Notes under the pieces: generated by a model
Databases searched by the model: none
What the model was told of the DNA's origin: nothing
What the model saw: only the letters and a program-made list of their open reading frames with translations
Source: Octopus bimaculoides
Taxonomy: Eukaryota
Assembly: GCF_001194135.2 (NCBI RefSeq)
Contig: NC_068987.1
Span: 87,456,718-87,493,154 of the forward strand
DNA: 36,437 nt
Reading direction: 5' to 3'
Program-made: the position numbers and the translations under genes
Shown: positions 23,482 through 34,408 of the stretch, one piece after another
Position numbering within the stretch: position 1 is the first letter of the stretch
Layout of the letters: every line of letters begins with the position of its first letter

Positions 23482-23870
23482 TGGTGGTGGTTGGCACTCC
23501 GTCAGTTACGACGACGAGGGTTCCAGTTGATCCGATCAACGGAACAGCTTGCTCGTGAAATTAACGTGCAAGTGGCTGAGCACTCTACAGACACGTGTAC
23601 CCTTAACGTAATTCTCGGAGATATTCAGCGTGACACAGAGTGTGACAAGGCTGGCCATTTGAAATACAGGTACAACAGAAACAGGAAGTAAGAGTGAGAG
23701 AAAGTTGTGGTGAAAGAGTACAGCAGGGTTCGCCACCATCCCCTGCTGGAGCCTAGTGGAATTTTAGGTGTTTTCGCTCAATAAACACTCACAACGCCCG
23801 GTCTGGGAATCGAAACCGCGATCCTACGACCGCGAGTCCGCTGCTCTAACCACTGGGCTATTGCGCCTCT
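23482..23870 (-). mobile_element. SINE family C, full length
   Basis: The reverse complement aligns end to end with 20006-20388 with scattered substitutions. Confidence 0.9.
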
Positions 23871-24001
23871 ACGGTTTGACAAGTATGGTTTTAATTTAAT
23901 GCTTGAGTAGTTGAAGTGAGAGTTTCATTATGCTTAAACAGACATACATACACACGCACATACATACATACATACACACACACATACAAACATATATAGA
24001 T

Positions 24002-24200
24002 CAGTGGTTCCCAACCTTTTCACAGTATTTCTCAATAGTGATTCCTAACCCTTGTATTTAAATGTGTTTTCCCGCGAGCCCTTTTCCATATGCTTTATAT
24101 CTTTATGCATATATATTAGATTTATGACTTCTTCACAACCAAATAATCTTTTACAGTAATTCGATGAATAATTTCATTAAAAGTCAGGAAACTAACATTT
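24002..24200 (+). mobile_element. Possible hAT/Charlie-type DNA transposon left end
   Basis: CAGTGGTTCCCAACC at 24002-24016 is a Charlie-like TIR. No matching right TIR found; the extent is approximate. Confidence 0.4.
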
Positions 24201-24977
24201 ATTTTGCTTTATTTGAAAAAAAAAAAAAAAACGCCCCTCTCCTAACTTAAAAAATTGATCACCACTTTTGACCCAAATCATGCAAAATTCTAGTGGTGGG
24301 TTCATAACGCCTGCTGAAGTTTTTACCGAACTTGGTGCGCTAATTCAATGCAATGCAGAAATAGTATATCTGAAAGTTCAGCTTTCTAGTTTCGGAGTTA
24401 TGGGCTTTTTCAACTATAATCACTAGGTGGCACTAAATTGCATATCATTTGAGTGTCTCTCTGTTCTCTTTTCACCAACCGTGAGAGATAGTTTTATGCA
24501 AACAGCCACAAGGAAATACTATATTCCCTATCGAGACCACAATATCTAATCTACTCTTTTAAAAAATGATTATGTAATATCGGAGCGAGATTTGTTTGTG
24601 TTGTTTTGCTGTGGCGAATCAACAATATAGAGACTTTTTTGTTAGTCGTAAAGTACGTTGGTGTGAGAAAGATGCATTTCTTTATTTGGCAAAGATTTTA
24701 AACTAAAACATTAGCATTATCATTCTAACCATTCCAGTGCATCATATGAATCTCCATTAAGAATTTAATTATATGAGATGGAGTTTAAGAAAGCTGTGGC
24801 GTGGAATATTGATCTCGTTTAATCGGTCAGGTTTCTTTAGTTAAATACCACAGGAACAGCCAAGGAACAAAGTACATATGACTCTTTTGAATCGTTTAAA
24901 ATCAGTTGCAGAGAATTCTTCGTAAATCTTACTCTCCCTTCGACAACAACTACTGCGCATTCTTGATATTTTCTGCG

Positions 24978-25390
24978 TGGCAGAATCGTTAGCGCGCCGG
25001 GCAAAATGCTTAGTAGCATTTCGTCTGCCTTTACGTTCCGATGAGGTCGACTTTGCCTTTCATCCTTTCGAGGTTGATGAAATAATTATCAATAAAGTAC
25101 TTGGGTCGATGGAATCGACTTGCCCCCTCCCGCAAAATTTCAGGCTTTGTGCCTATTGTAGAAAGGATCAAAGCAGTGAGTTGGTCGAATCGTTAGCACA
25201 CTGGACGAAATGCTTAGCAGAACTTCGTCTGTCTTTACATTCTGAGTTCTAATTCTGCCGAGATCGATTTTGCCTTTTATCTTTTCGGGGGTCGATAAAG
25301 AAATTACCAGTTGAATACAGGGGCCGATGTAATCGACTTACACCCTTTTTGTTGGTTTTGTGCCAAATTGTTGGTTTTGTGCCAAAATTT
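24978..25390 (+). mobile_element. Two tandem SINE family B copies (24978-25165, 25175-25390)
   Basis: Two successive GAATCGTTAGC..AAATGCTTAG..GATTTTGCC/GACTTTGCC units. Confidence 0.8.
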
Positions 25391-25419
25391 TAATTCAGTA
25401 TATTCTCAGGGTTCCTCTT

Positions 25420-25633
25420 ATTTCTTTATTGCCCACAAGGGGTAAAACATAGAGGGGACAAACAAAGGGATTAAGTCGATTACATCGACCCCAGTGCGTA
25501 ACTGGTACTTATTTTATCGACCATGAAAGGCAAAGTCGACATCGGCGGAATTTGAACTCAGAACGTAACGGCAGACGAAATACCGATAAACATTTCGCCG
25601 GGCGTGCTAACGTTTCTGCCAGCTCGCCGCCTT
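25420..25633 (-). mobile_element. SINE family B, near consensus
   Basis: GGCGGAATTTGAACTCAGAACGTAACGGCAGACGAAATACC..TTTCTGCCAGCTCGCCGCC. Confidence 0.9.
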
Positions 25634-26599
25634 CTGAGCGTTCCTCTGCAGTATCATACGGTTTCACTTTGCTGAGATTTTAACAATCTATTTAACATTT
25701 AATGCTGTTCTATGCCCGACTTTATTAATTGTAAACAACTGTGAATACTTTTTTATGTTTCCATAATATATTTTTCGAAAACAGTTTATTTTTGCTAATC
25801 AATGTTTCATTGAGAAGGAAAAATCAATTCATTATTTTTACCGCTGCATCGGTTTATAGGTTTATTACTTTCAATAAAGATAACAAATATATACTCAATA
25901 AATATTGCAAATAAGTTTAAAATGTGTGTTTTTATATCAGTTCTCTCTGTTTAAAATATTATTTGCTTTTCCGTTATAAATATAACATACTGTAACTTTA
26001 ATATTCGTTATTATACTATCCAAGGGTTGGAAAGTCGGTACTGACCAAAATTACTTCCAGCTTTAATAGCATCTCTCTACATTCTTTATTCAAATCTGAT
26101 TATATATACATAACTGATAATATAATTAAGGTTAGTTATTTTTGCTTAGTCCTGATTTAGCTCAGGTCTGATCGAGCAAATCTAGAGAAGAGGTGCTCCA
26201 ATCGCGAACATGTTACCTTTTCTTCCATGCATAAAAGAAGTATTCTTGTATTGCTGGATACTTGTTTTATATCCTTACATGTGTTCTTTCATGTTCAAAA
26301 CAATCCGTTATTATTTGAGGACATTTTCTAGTGGTTGGAATATTTCTGCATGATACATTCAACCTACGAATCTTAGAATAGCTAAATTATTGGACAGCAT
26401 TTTAGGCCTTTCTAATTTCACCCGACCATCCTTTCAGAAAAAGGAATGAATCCTTGCTCAATATACACATAAGGATTTTAACCTCTAAGGAATGCCCCGG
26501 ATTTTCTAACCATTTCGCTACAAAACAAGAAGAGAAAAAGAAACAAAATTGGTATAACCCACCATGTAACTTACATGTAGTTATTCTGTTGCCTAGATT

Positions 26600-26900
26600 A
26601 ATTCCTTATGCTACTTAATAGTCACTTTCCCCAATAGCATAGCTATAAAAATATGTTGTATAAATTCAATTTAAGGTTTTGTTCAGCCAGACCAAATTCT
26701 GCCTAAACCAATGTTTCTTCTCACATCTATAAACTTAGTTTAAGATATGATTCTATCACAGTTCTCATTTTAGCCCTAATATAAAATGCAACCTTATAAA
26801 CCTTCTTCTATGATCCTCATATTCTAAGCGCCTAACTAAGGACAGTTTATAAATGTAATGCAAAATGTGTTATAAAACTTCACTAGTTGAATCTAACATT
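26600..26900 (-). mobile_element. Possible CR1/L2-type LINE 3' remnant
   Basis: YKLSLVRRLEY (cf. YKSLVRPHLEY) and downstream KLNLY. Very decayed. Confidence 0.25.
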
Positions 26901-27102
26901 CAGTACTACATCTAAAATTATTCGTTTTTAGCTAAATAAATGTTTTAAAATTCCTGTTTCAATTTCAATGCAATTTTGAAAGGGTTTACTTTCACTCAAA
27001 TACATTACAATTAGACCTTACTTTAACAAACCCGTCCAAATTTTCTAGCCATATGCACACATATACTATACTCAAAATTTTACATTTATTTAACTCTTAA
27101 AT

Positions 27103-27140
<38 letters not shown>

Positions 27141-27141
<1 letters not shown>

Positions 27142-27343
27142 CCTCTAGGTACAAGGCCTGAAATTTTGGGGGAGGGGGCAGTCGATTAGATCGACTTCAG
27201 TACGCAACTGGTACTTAATTTATCAATCTCGAAAAGATTAAAGGCAAAGTCGACCTCGGCGGAATTTGAACTCAGAACGTAGCGGTAGACGAAATGCCAC
27301 TGAGCGCTTTGCTCGGAGTGCTAATGATTCTGCCAGTTTGTCG
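27141..27343 (-). mobile_element. SINE family B
   Basis: GGCAAAGTCGACCTCGGCGGAATTTGAACTCAGAACGTAG. Confidence 0.88.
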
Positions 27344-27377
27344 TATTAACTCATCCTTATTATAATAGCCATATAAG

Positions 27378-27570
27378 GGTTAAGCTGGCAGAATCGTTAG
27401 TACGCTGGGAAGACGTTTAGGAGCATTTCATTCGGCTCTTTACGTTCTGAGTTCAAATCCAGCCGAGGTCAACTTTACCTTTCATCCATTGGGGTTCGAT
27501 AAAATCAAGTATTAACGTCGATGTAATCGACAAACTCCCCCCACTCTCCCTAAAACTGCTGACCCTGGAC
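27378..27570 (+). mobile_element. SINE family B
   Basis: AGCTGGCAGAATCGTTAG..TTCTGAGTTCAAATCCAGCCGAGGTCAAC. Confidence 0.8.
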
Positions 27571-28292
27571 CAGTACGAATGTTGTGATATTGGTCATTTA
27601 TGCACCAACGGAAACCGAGTAACACGGCCCTGTGAGTTTTGGGGCTCGAGAAAAAATATTACATAAGACTATGTAAATTAGTACAGAATACAAGAATTTG
27701 AAAACGGTACATTGATAATATTTTCCTTTCAAATAGAACTTGGCCAATTTTGTTCGTTTGTTATGTTTACAAAACCGAAAATATCAGAGGAGATAGTGTT
27801 TCTCTTCATATGTGACTCATAGAAAATTAGGTTCATTTAACCTCAGCATAATGTTTTAGTCTTTTGATTTTCTTTTCCTATCCATTCAAAATCTTTCTTC
27901 CCATTTTGGTTAACCCAGCCAGACACAGGATTATAAATCTTTCGCTTCTTGTATCTGTATTTACGAAAATTTACTTTCAATTTATTCTCCGACCAATAGA
28001 AAAGAAATTCTCATATTCATAATTTCCCTTGTACCCCAACCTCTCTCTTCCACTCCTGTGTCTCCCCCCGCTCTCTCTTATAATCTATTATTATTCTTGT
28101 TATTTTTCTTTTTCTTTTTCACTTACCTACCTTTTCATCTAAATAATATTTTTTCCTATTCATTCCAACGTTTAGTGGAGTTTGTAAACATCTACACTGT
28201 AATAAAGAACGAAGTTTATTAATTAGTTTGAATTATGTAACTTTTATTAAAAGAAAGCAATTATATCAAATTATTATTATCCAAGAGTTCAA

Positions 28293-28495
28293 GGCAGGGG
28301 AGCTGGCAGAATCGTAAACACTCCGGGCGAAATGCTTACCGGTATTTCGGTCTTTACGTTCTGAGTTCAAATTCCGCCGAGGTCGGCTTTGCGTTTATTC
28401 TTTCGGGGTCGATTAAGTAAGTACCAATTACGCACTGGGTTCGATGTAATCGACTTAAACCCTTTGTTTGTCTCCTTTATGTTTAGCTCCCTGTG
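28293..28495 (+). mobile_element. SINE family B, near consensus
   Basis: GAGCTGGCAGAATCG..TTCTGAGTTCAAATTCCGCCGAGGTCGGC..GTACCAATTACGCACTGG. Confidence 0.88.
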
Positions 28496-29397
28496 GTTAC
28501 TAAAATATTTTTGTATATACGTATATGTGCAGATTTGTATGTTTTGCTTTATGTATGTTTTCTCATGCATATTGTTGCATGTCTAGATATGCTCGTATAT
28601 ACTTAAACGATAAACTTCTGGAAAGTTTTACAGATTTCCACAGTTCCAGTGATGGCTTGGGTCTGTAGTCTTCGAATCATATATGTATGTGTTTATGTAT
28701 TAGTGTGTGGTTTCCTCCTGCGGATCCGAGCAAAGATCTTCACGGACCATCGTGAGTGCTCCTGAGTCACTATCTCCTTTGAAAAACAAAGATTTATGCC
28801 ATCGAAATCTTGTTTTCTACTCGGAATGGTCCGTTAGAAACGACGCCATACTATTCTGCGTATAAATCAGTAAAATGAACCAATATTCTCAATTCGGACT
28901 GCGAGTAATTTGACACCTGACACGTGGCACACTGTGCACCTGTACAGACTGTCGATTTGATGGATGGAGTGAGTTAACGTACTGTACAAATATTTGATAA
29001 ATATAAACAAATCATGGGTGAAAAATTGCTCAGGAAAATTGTGGCTCGATACGATTGTGAGTTGAAGCTCAAGATGAAAATAAAGATATGAAGTGGCTGG
29101 ACCTCGTCTGTTTACGACAGGGGGTGGGCATTATACACGTATGTATGTGTATATATTTGGCAATTGTATAACAGTGAAAGATGTAAACATCAGTAAGAAA
29201 ACCGAAACAAAAAACGTACTATTAAGAAAGAACACTATTGAGATGCTTGTTCTGCACTGAGTTACATACAGATCGTTGTTTATCATTCTTGCCATCAGAA
29301 ATGAAGCGGACCAACGATTGGGGCCATGAGGGCCCAGATAATGTATAAATAGTCAGGTAGTGTGAAGGATTCACTTTGGCTCATTTTCAAATATCTT

Positions 29398-29608
29398 TTT
29401 CTACTCTAGGCACAAGGCCCGAAATTTTGGGGGAGGGGGTCAGTCGATTAGATCGACCCAGTACACAACTGGTACTTAATTTATCGACCTCGAAAGGATG
29501 AAAGGCAAAGTCGATCCCGGTGGAATTTGAACTCAGAACGTAAAGACAGACGAAATACCGCCAAGCATTTCGCCCGGCGTGCTAACGTTTCTGCCAGCTC
29601 ACAGCCTT
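29398..29608 (-). mobile_element. SINE family B, near consensus
   Basis: Closely matches 1101-1375 but has a single CCAAGCATTTC unit where that copy has the tandem array. Confidence 0.9.
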
Positions 29609-29644
29609 AGGTTGACTTTCAAATATCAGTAATAAAGTATCAGA

Positions 29645-29830
29645 AGGCAAGCAAGCAGAATCGTGAGAGCGTCGGACAAAACGCTCAGCGGCATTTCATA
29701 CGGATTTTTCCGTTTCGAGGTCAACGGTTTCTGTCATCATTTCGTAGTCGATAAAATAATGCACCAGTCAAGTACTAGGGTCGATGTAATCAACTTGCAC
29801 CCCCTTTTTCTCAAAACAGCAAGCCTTGAA
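29645..29830 (+). mobile_element. SINE family B, diverged
   Basis: GCAGAATCG..CTCAGCGGCATTTC..GTCGATAAAATA..GGGTCGATGTAATC. Confidence 0.65.
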
Positions 29831-30039
29831 CCCTAAAACAAAACGGGGTCCCATTCCAAGGGAATGTTATGATCTCGGTTACTTAGGCTCCATGGAAGCC
29901 AGGTCACTGGCATTATGACTTCTGGGACTCGAGAAGAAATTGAAATAACAGGAAAACGAAGTGTTGTGATTTCAAGAAAGTTACTTTGGAATTCTTTGAA
30001 TAATATTAGGGCTACCACCAACTCCACCAACACCATCAT

Positions 30040-30118
30040 CACTACTACTACTACTACTACTTCTACTACTACTACTACTACTACTGCTGGTGCTGCTGCT
30101 GCTGCTACTACTACTACA

Positions 30119-30196
<78 letters not shown>

Positions 30197-30197
30197 G
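30040..30197 (+). repeat. Compound (ACT)n/(GCT)n trinucleotide microsatellite
   Basis: Alternating ACT and GCT blocks; source of the poly-T/A and poly-V/A ORFs. Confidence 0.95.
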
Positions 30198-31393
30198 GGT
30201 TACTGATGTTCATTTACACCATTTTCTCCTCGGCGTTTCTTGCACAATTTATAAATCCAAGCAAACCGAGATTTTAACACTCGCCATTCATTTTATAAAC
30301 AATTCCCCAAATTGTCTTAGAATCTACTGTACATTCCATTTCTCTACTTACGCTGCGCTTCTGAGATACGCGCGCGCGCGCGCACGCACACACACACACA
30401 CACTCACACGCACACACTCACACGCACACACATCGTTATGATATATGATTGCAATATAACACCAGTCTAAACTTAGTTACATAGTCTTTTCATTTATCCT
30501 ATGCGTAAACACATAATTAGAATGATTTACAGAAACGGTATTGTAAATATTTGTCATTCATTCAGATTTTCTATTTACTTCAATCTTAGTTTTAATGTTT
30601 GCTTGCTGTTCATTTAACGATGTGGATTGGAGGTTTTATAACAAGCATAATGGATAGTAAGAATGAACGTATCCTTTAGATGGGCTTAGCGGATGTGTCA
30701 CGAATTTAGCTTAGAATAATCTATTTGACATCATTTTTGTTTTCTAAATTACTCGTTAAAAACTCATTAACCGTTTCCGTTTCCTTTCACCTAAAAATAT
30801 TTGATCCCATATCTTCGCAGAGAAAATTACAAGAGATCCACTGCTAGGTGTAACACTTGACGCTATTTCACAAGTTAAACATCCTGAAGATGTTGATTGG
30901 TTGTTTCTATAGTTTGTTTTTAAATTTTCTTCTTTGTCTCGCTTTTTATTTCTTTATCTAATACCCGTTTGAGTCAGCTTCTAAAGGATAACACATCTTT
31001 GCAAATATACTTCATAAAGAAGTTGTATATATAGTAGAGACATGTAGAAGTATACTAAAAACCATACAACATAAATTCTTCATTTGTTAAAATTAACTTC
31101 GCCTCTATAGAATGTGTCATAATTACCAAGTGTCAATTAAAGCCAGTGCCCCAAGAGAAGAGAAGATCTTAAGGATTCTCCAAAGTAGACATGACATTAA
31201 GGAAAAGACAAGTTTGTCTAAAGACAAGAGGACAGTCTTAGACACGTGTTTCTGGTTCAATAACCGTTATTGGCACATGTGTTGTCTGACCTTATCTCTT
31301 GTATGATAAAGAGCGATCTGTATGTAACTCAGTGCAGAGTAAGCATCTCAGTAGTATTCTTTCTTAATAGTACCCAGGTTCAAAATTCCCCAA

Positions 31394-31439
31394 GACACCC
31401 GATGAAGGCTGGAGGGTATATCAGCCGAAACATTGTGTT
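31394..31439 (+). ncRNA. Degenerate Penelope-type hammerhead motif in a pLTR-like repeat
   Basis: GACAC-CCGATGA-A-GGCTG-GAGGGTATAT-CAGCC-GAAA-CA-TT-GTGTT. Stems I and II pair; there is a U4-to-C change and stem III is broken. (AATGTAAAT) repeats follow. Confidence 0.5.
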
Positions 31440-31510
31440 AACAACAAACAAGATGAGGAAAAATATCCGTCAAATGTAAATAATGTAAATAATGTAAATT
31501 ATATTTTTCG

Positions 31511-31745
31511 CAGTTAGTGGAACCTCGGAAGTAGTAAATAATCTAAACTAGCATTAGACCGCAAGCTATTCTTCAGGCCAAGGTTACCTTGGGTATATGA
31601 TACCTTGAGATGTCACATATTCATATATACCTTGAGGTATCATATATTCATATGATTATATAACCAAGGTACCCTTAGTCTGAAATGTAGCATGCGGTCT
31701 ACCCCTCGGTTGGATAATTTACTACTTCGGAGGTTCCGCTAGCTA
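31511..31745. mobile_element. Fold-back MITE-like element with ~88-bp inverted arms
   Basis: 31511-31598 aligns with the reverse complement of 31659-31745 (GGAACCTCGGAAGTAGTAAAT..TAGACCGCA.GCTA..TTCAG.C.AAGG.TACCTTGG.TATAT). Confidence 0.8.
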
Positions 31746-31777
31746 TGAATTTTATCTACTCTTAAATTTTTGAATAC

Positions 31778-31779
<2 letters not shown>

Positions 31780-31812
<33 letters not shown>

Positions 31813-31835
31813 TGTGTCTGTGTATGTATGTACGC

Positions 31836-31900
<65 letters not shown>
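31780..31900. repeat. (TG)n followed by (CA)n microsatellite
   Basis: Directly visible. Confidence 0.95.
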
Positions 31901-32076
31901 CTAATACACTTATTTAGAAATACAATCTGTAAGCGAGACAGAAAAATATGCAGAACTTTTCTCAAGTTCTAAACATCTTTATGTTTACATTCCAGCAATT
32001 TAGCTTAAGACCTTTGCTAGAAACCAGGTCGTTCCTTATAGGAAGATTTCAATTAATTAAAGAAAACATACACATA

Positions 32077-32352
32077 GGCGCATGAGTGGCTGTGTGGTAA
32101 GTAGCTTGCTTACCAATCACATGATTCCGGGTTCAGTTCCACTGCGTGACACCTTGGCCAAGTGTCTTCTACTAAAGCCTTGACAACCGGTATTAGTGTG
32201 TTTACGTCACCGTAAATCAGCGGTTCGACATAAGAGACCGATAGAATAAGTACTAGGCTTACAAAGAATAAATCCTGGGTTCGATTTGTTCGATTAAGGG
32301 CGATGTTCCAGCATGGCCGCTGTCAAATGACTGAAACAAATAAAAGAATAAA
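32077..32352 (+). mobile_element. SINE family A with the middle block deleted
   Basis: The head joins the tail at ..CTACTAAAGCC/TTGACAACC (~32175-32185), without the internal microsatellite. Confidence 0.85.
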
Positions 32353-32386
32353 ACAATATGTATGTATGTATCTGTCTATACATAAA

Positions 32387-32427
<41 letters not shown>

Positions 32428-33369
32428 TGTTGATGATGGTTGTCCTCACATGATCGAGGAAGACCATTACTGACCATTGCCCCATTCAAAATGCGAGAGG
32501 TTAATGCACCAGCAGTCGGCTTCATCCGGGTTCGCCTCCGCGGTTTCCATGCTCATCGCGGTGCCCCACCCTACTCTCCAATAGTTGCTTCTCTGGTGAT
32601 TGCACAAATTGAAACTTTAGGTCCAATAAGGCTTTCACAGCGCCTCGCAGATCCCATCCACCCCAACTGGCATTATTCAGAGGCAAACCAGAGCAAAATG
32701 TTCAGTGCCAATATGGGTCTTGGGTTCATGAATGTAAGAGCGTCATGATCCTAAGGGCAAGCAAAAGATTCCCCAAATGTTCAATGCCATTTGTTGCATT
32801 TTCTGCTTTTATATTACAGTGACCTTCTCCTAGAGACATGCTTTAACAAAAGCTAAGAGGTGCCTCACTACCAGTGGTCTTCTAACACGCCAGTCACAAA
32901 TCTGAGGCCCTTGTTAACATACATACACAGATACATACATACATACATACATATATACATACATATACAAATACATACATACATATCAAGTGTCATGCTG
33001 ATGACCCTTATTGAGGCAGAAACATGAGTGTACCACAGTCTTCCTCTTATTTTCAGACTATAGGCCTGTCTCTTTCGTTAACGGTATGTCAACTTTGGAA
33101 TATTCTTCATTCTGTAGATTATCTCCTCTTATATGGATTTGGTCTCAATCGCCGTTTCAAAATTGTGACACATGTACAGATAAAAATTATTTTAATAAAT
33201 CAAGAATTTATGTTGTATGGATGTATTTGACTGGAAAGTAATACATTTGTATTGGAATGTTTAATTTTTCATTGAAAACCTTTTCACTGTTCTCGGTTCT
33301 GTTACCGGCTAAACGTTCAGGCGAGTATACTGGCATTGATGTGGCAACATTTGAAATGTTGTCCAGGTA

Positions 33370-33445
33370 AATCTAACTGAAGAAGACTAAATCAAATTTA
33401 GGATAACAACCGTATTTGAAATGTCTGAAACCTAGGTACTAGATT
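33370..33445 (+). ncRNA. Type I hammerhead ribozyme motif, Penelope-type, core intact
   Basis: AATCTAA-CTGAAGA-AGAC..TCAAAT[loop]ATTTGA..GTCT-GAAA-CCTAGG-TA-CTAGATT. Stem I pairs 6 of 7 bp; stem III is palindromic. Confidence 0.7.
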
Positions 33446-33625
33446 ATCCGATTCTGGATTGTCCATTTATCTAATGTTCTTCCGAGAGGTAAGACGAATT
33501 TTTTTTATGTTCGCTGTCCCCACACATCTTTGCCAGTATATATACCGCGAAGCTTTATCATAGCGTCGTTAATTTATCGATTGCTATTTCTAGTAAACAT
33601 TGGTGCCTTGTTGTACCATTACTCC

Positions 33626-33652
33626 CTCTCTCTTTCTCTCTTTTTCTCTCTT

Positions 33653-33705
<53 letters not shown>
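33626..33705 (+). repeat. (CT/CTTT)n tract running into a gap
   Basis: Directly visible. Confidence 0.93.
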
Positions 33706-34345
33706 NNNNNNNNNNNNNNNNNNNNNNNNNNNNNNNNNNNNNNNNNNNNNNNNNNNNNNNNNNNNNNNNNNNNNNNNNNNNNNNNNNNNNNNNNNNNNNN
33801 NNNNNNNNNNNNNNNNNNNNNNNNNNNNNNNNNNNNNNNNNNNNNNNNNNNNNNNNNNNNNNNNNNNNATGTATGTATATATACATACATATATGATTTG
33901 TGCACAAATATCAGAAATGCATCCTTCAGCAATGATCTCGGAAAATGCACAGCAAATTGAATTTTATGATCTATAATTCAATGTAATATATAGACAAACT
34001 GAATAGAAAAGCTCTCCAAGGCATGTATACCTGATAAATAGTTTTTGTGTGGGTGCAGCTGGAAAACAATTAATAATAGAAAATGTGTTTATTTACAGAT
34101 TCTGTGCATTCATCAGTGTAAAATCGATCAGTCAACTTTCGTACAATCCAAATTTTCTTTTTCTCTGTATCGAATTACTGCCAATGAGTCTATCAATGAA
34201 TACAATTGTAGATCTCCATTGAGAAATTAACATAAATATTTCTCACTGTATATATAAGAAATTAACTGCGTAAAAGTCAATACGAAGAGTACTCCATCCG
34301 ATGAGAATTCAATATTACTAAACGTTTCAAGTACATGTACTTAAC

Positions 34346-34389
34346 GCGCTACTAATAGTTTCCCGTACATGAGTACGTTCATCAGGCGC
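34346..34389 (-). ncRNA. Type I hammerhead ribozyme motif, Penelope-type, core boxes intact
   Basis: Minus strand reads GCGC-CTGATGA-A-CGTAC-TCAT-GTACG-G-GAAA-CTATTAG-TA-GCGC. Confidence 0.72.
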
Positions 34390-34408
34390 TAATCGCCATT
34401 TTGTTTTC

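Noticed and set aside
24230-24560. Possible Helentron/HINE-like repeat
   Set aside because: Only a vague motif resemblance (AAGTTCAGCTTTCTAG..TTTCGGAG); the termini are not identifiable.
29833-30277. 126-aa and 120-aa ORFs rich in V/A or T/A
   Set aside because: They are translations of the (ACT)/(GCT) microsatellite plus flanking repeat, with no domain or splice evidence.
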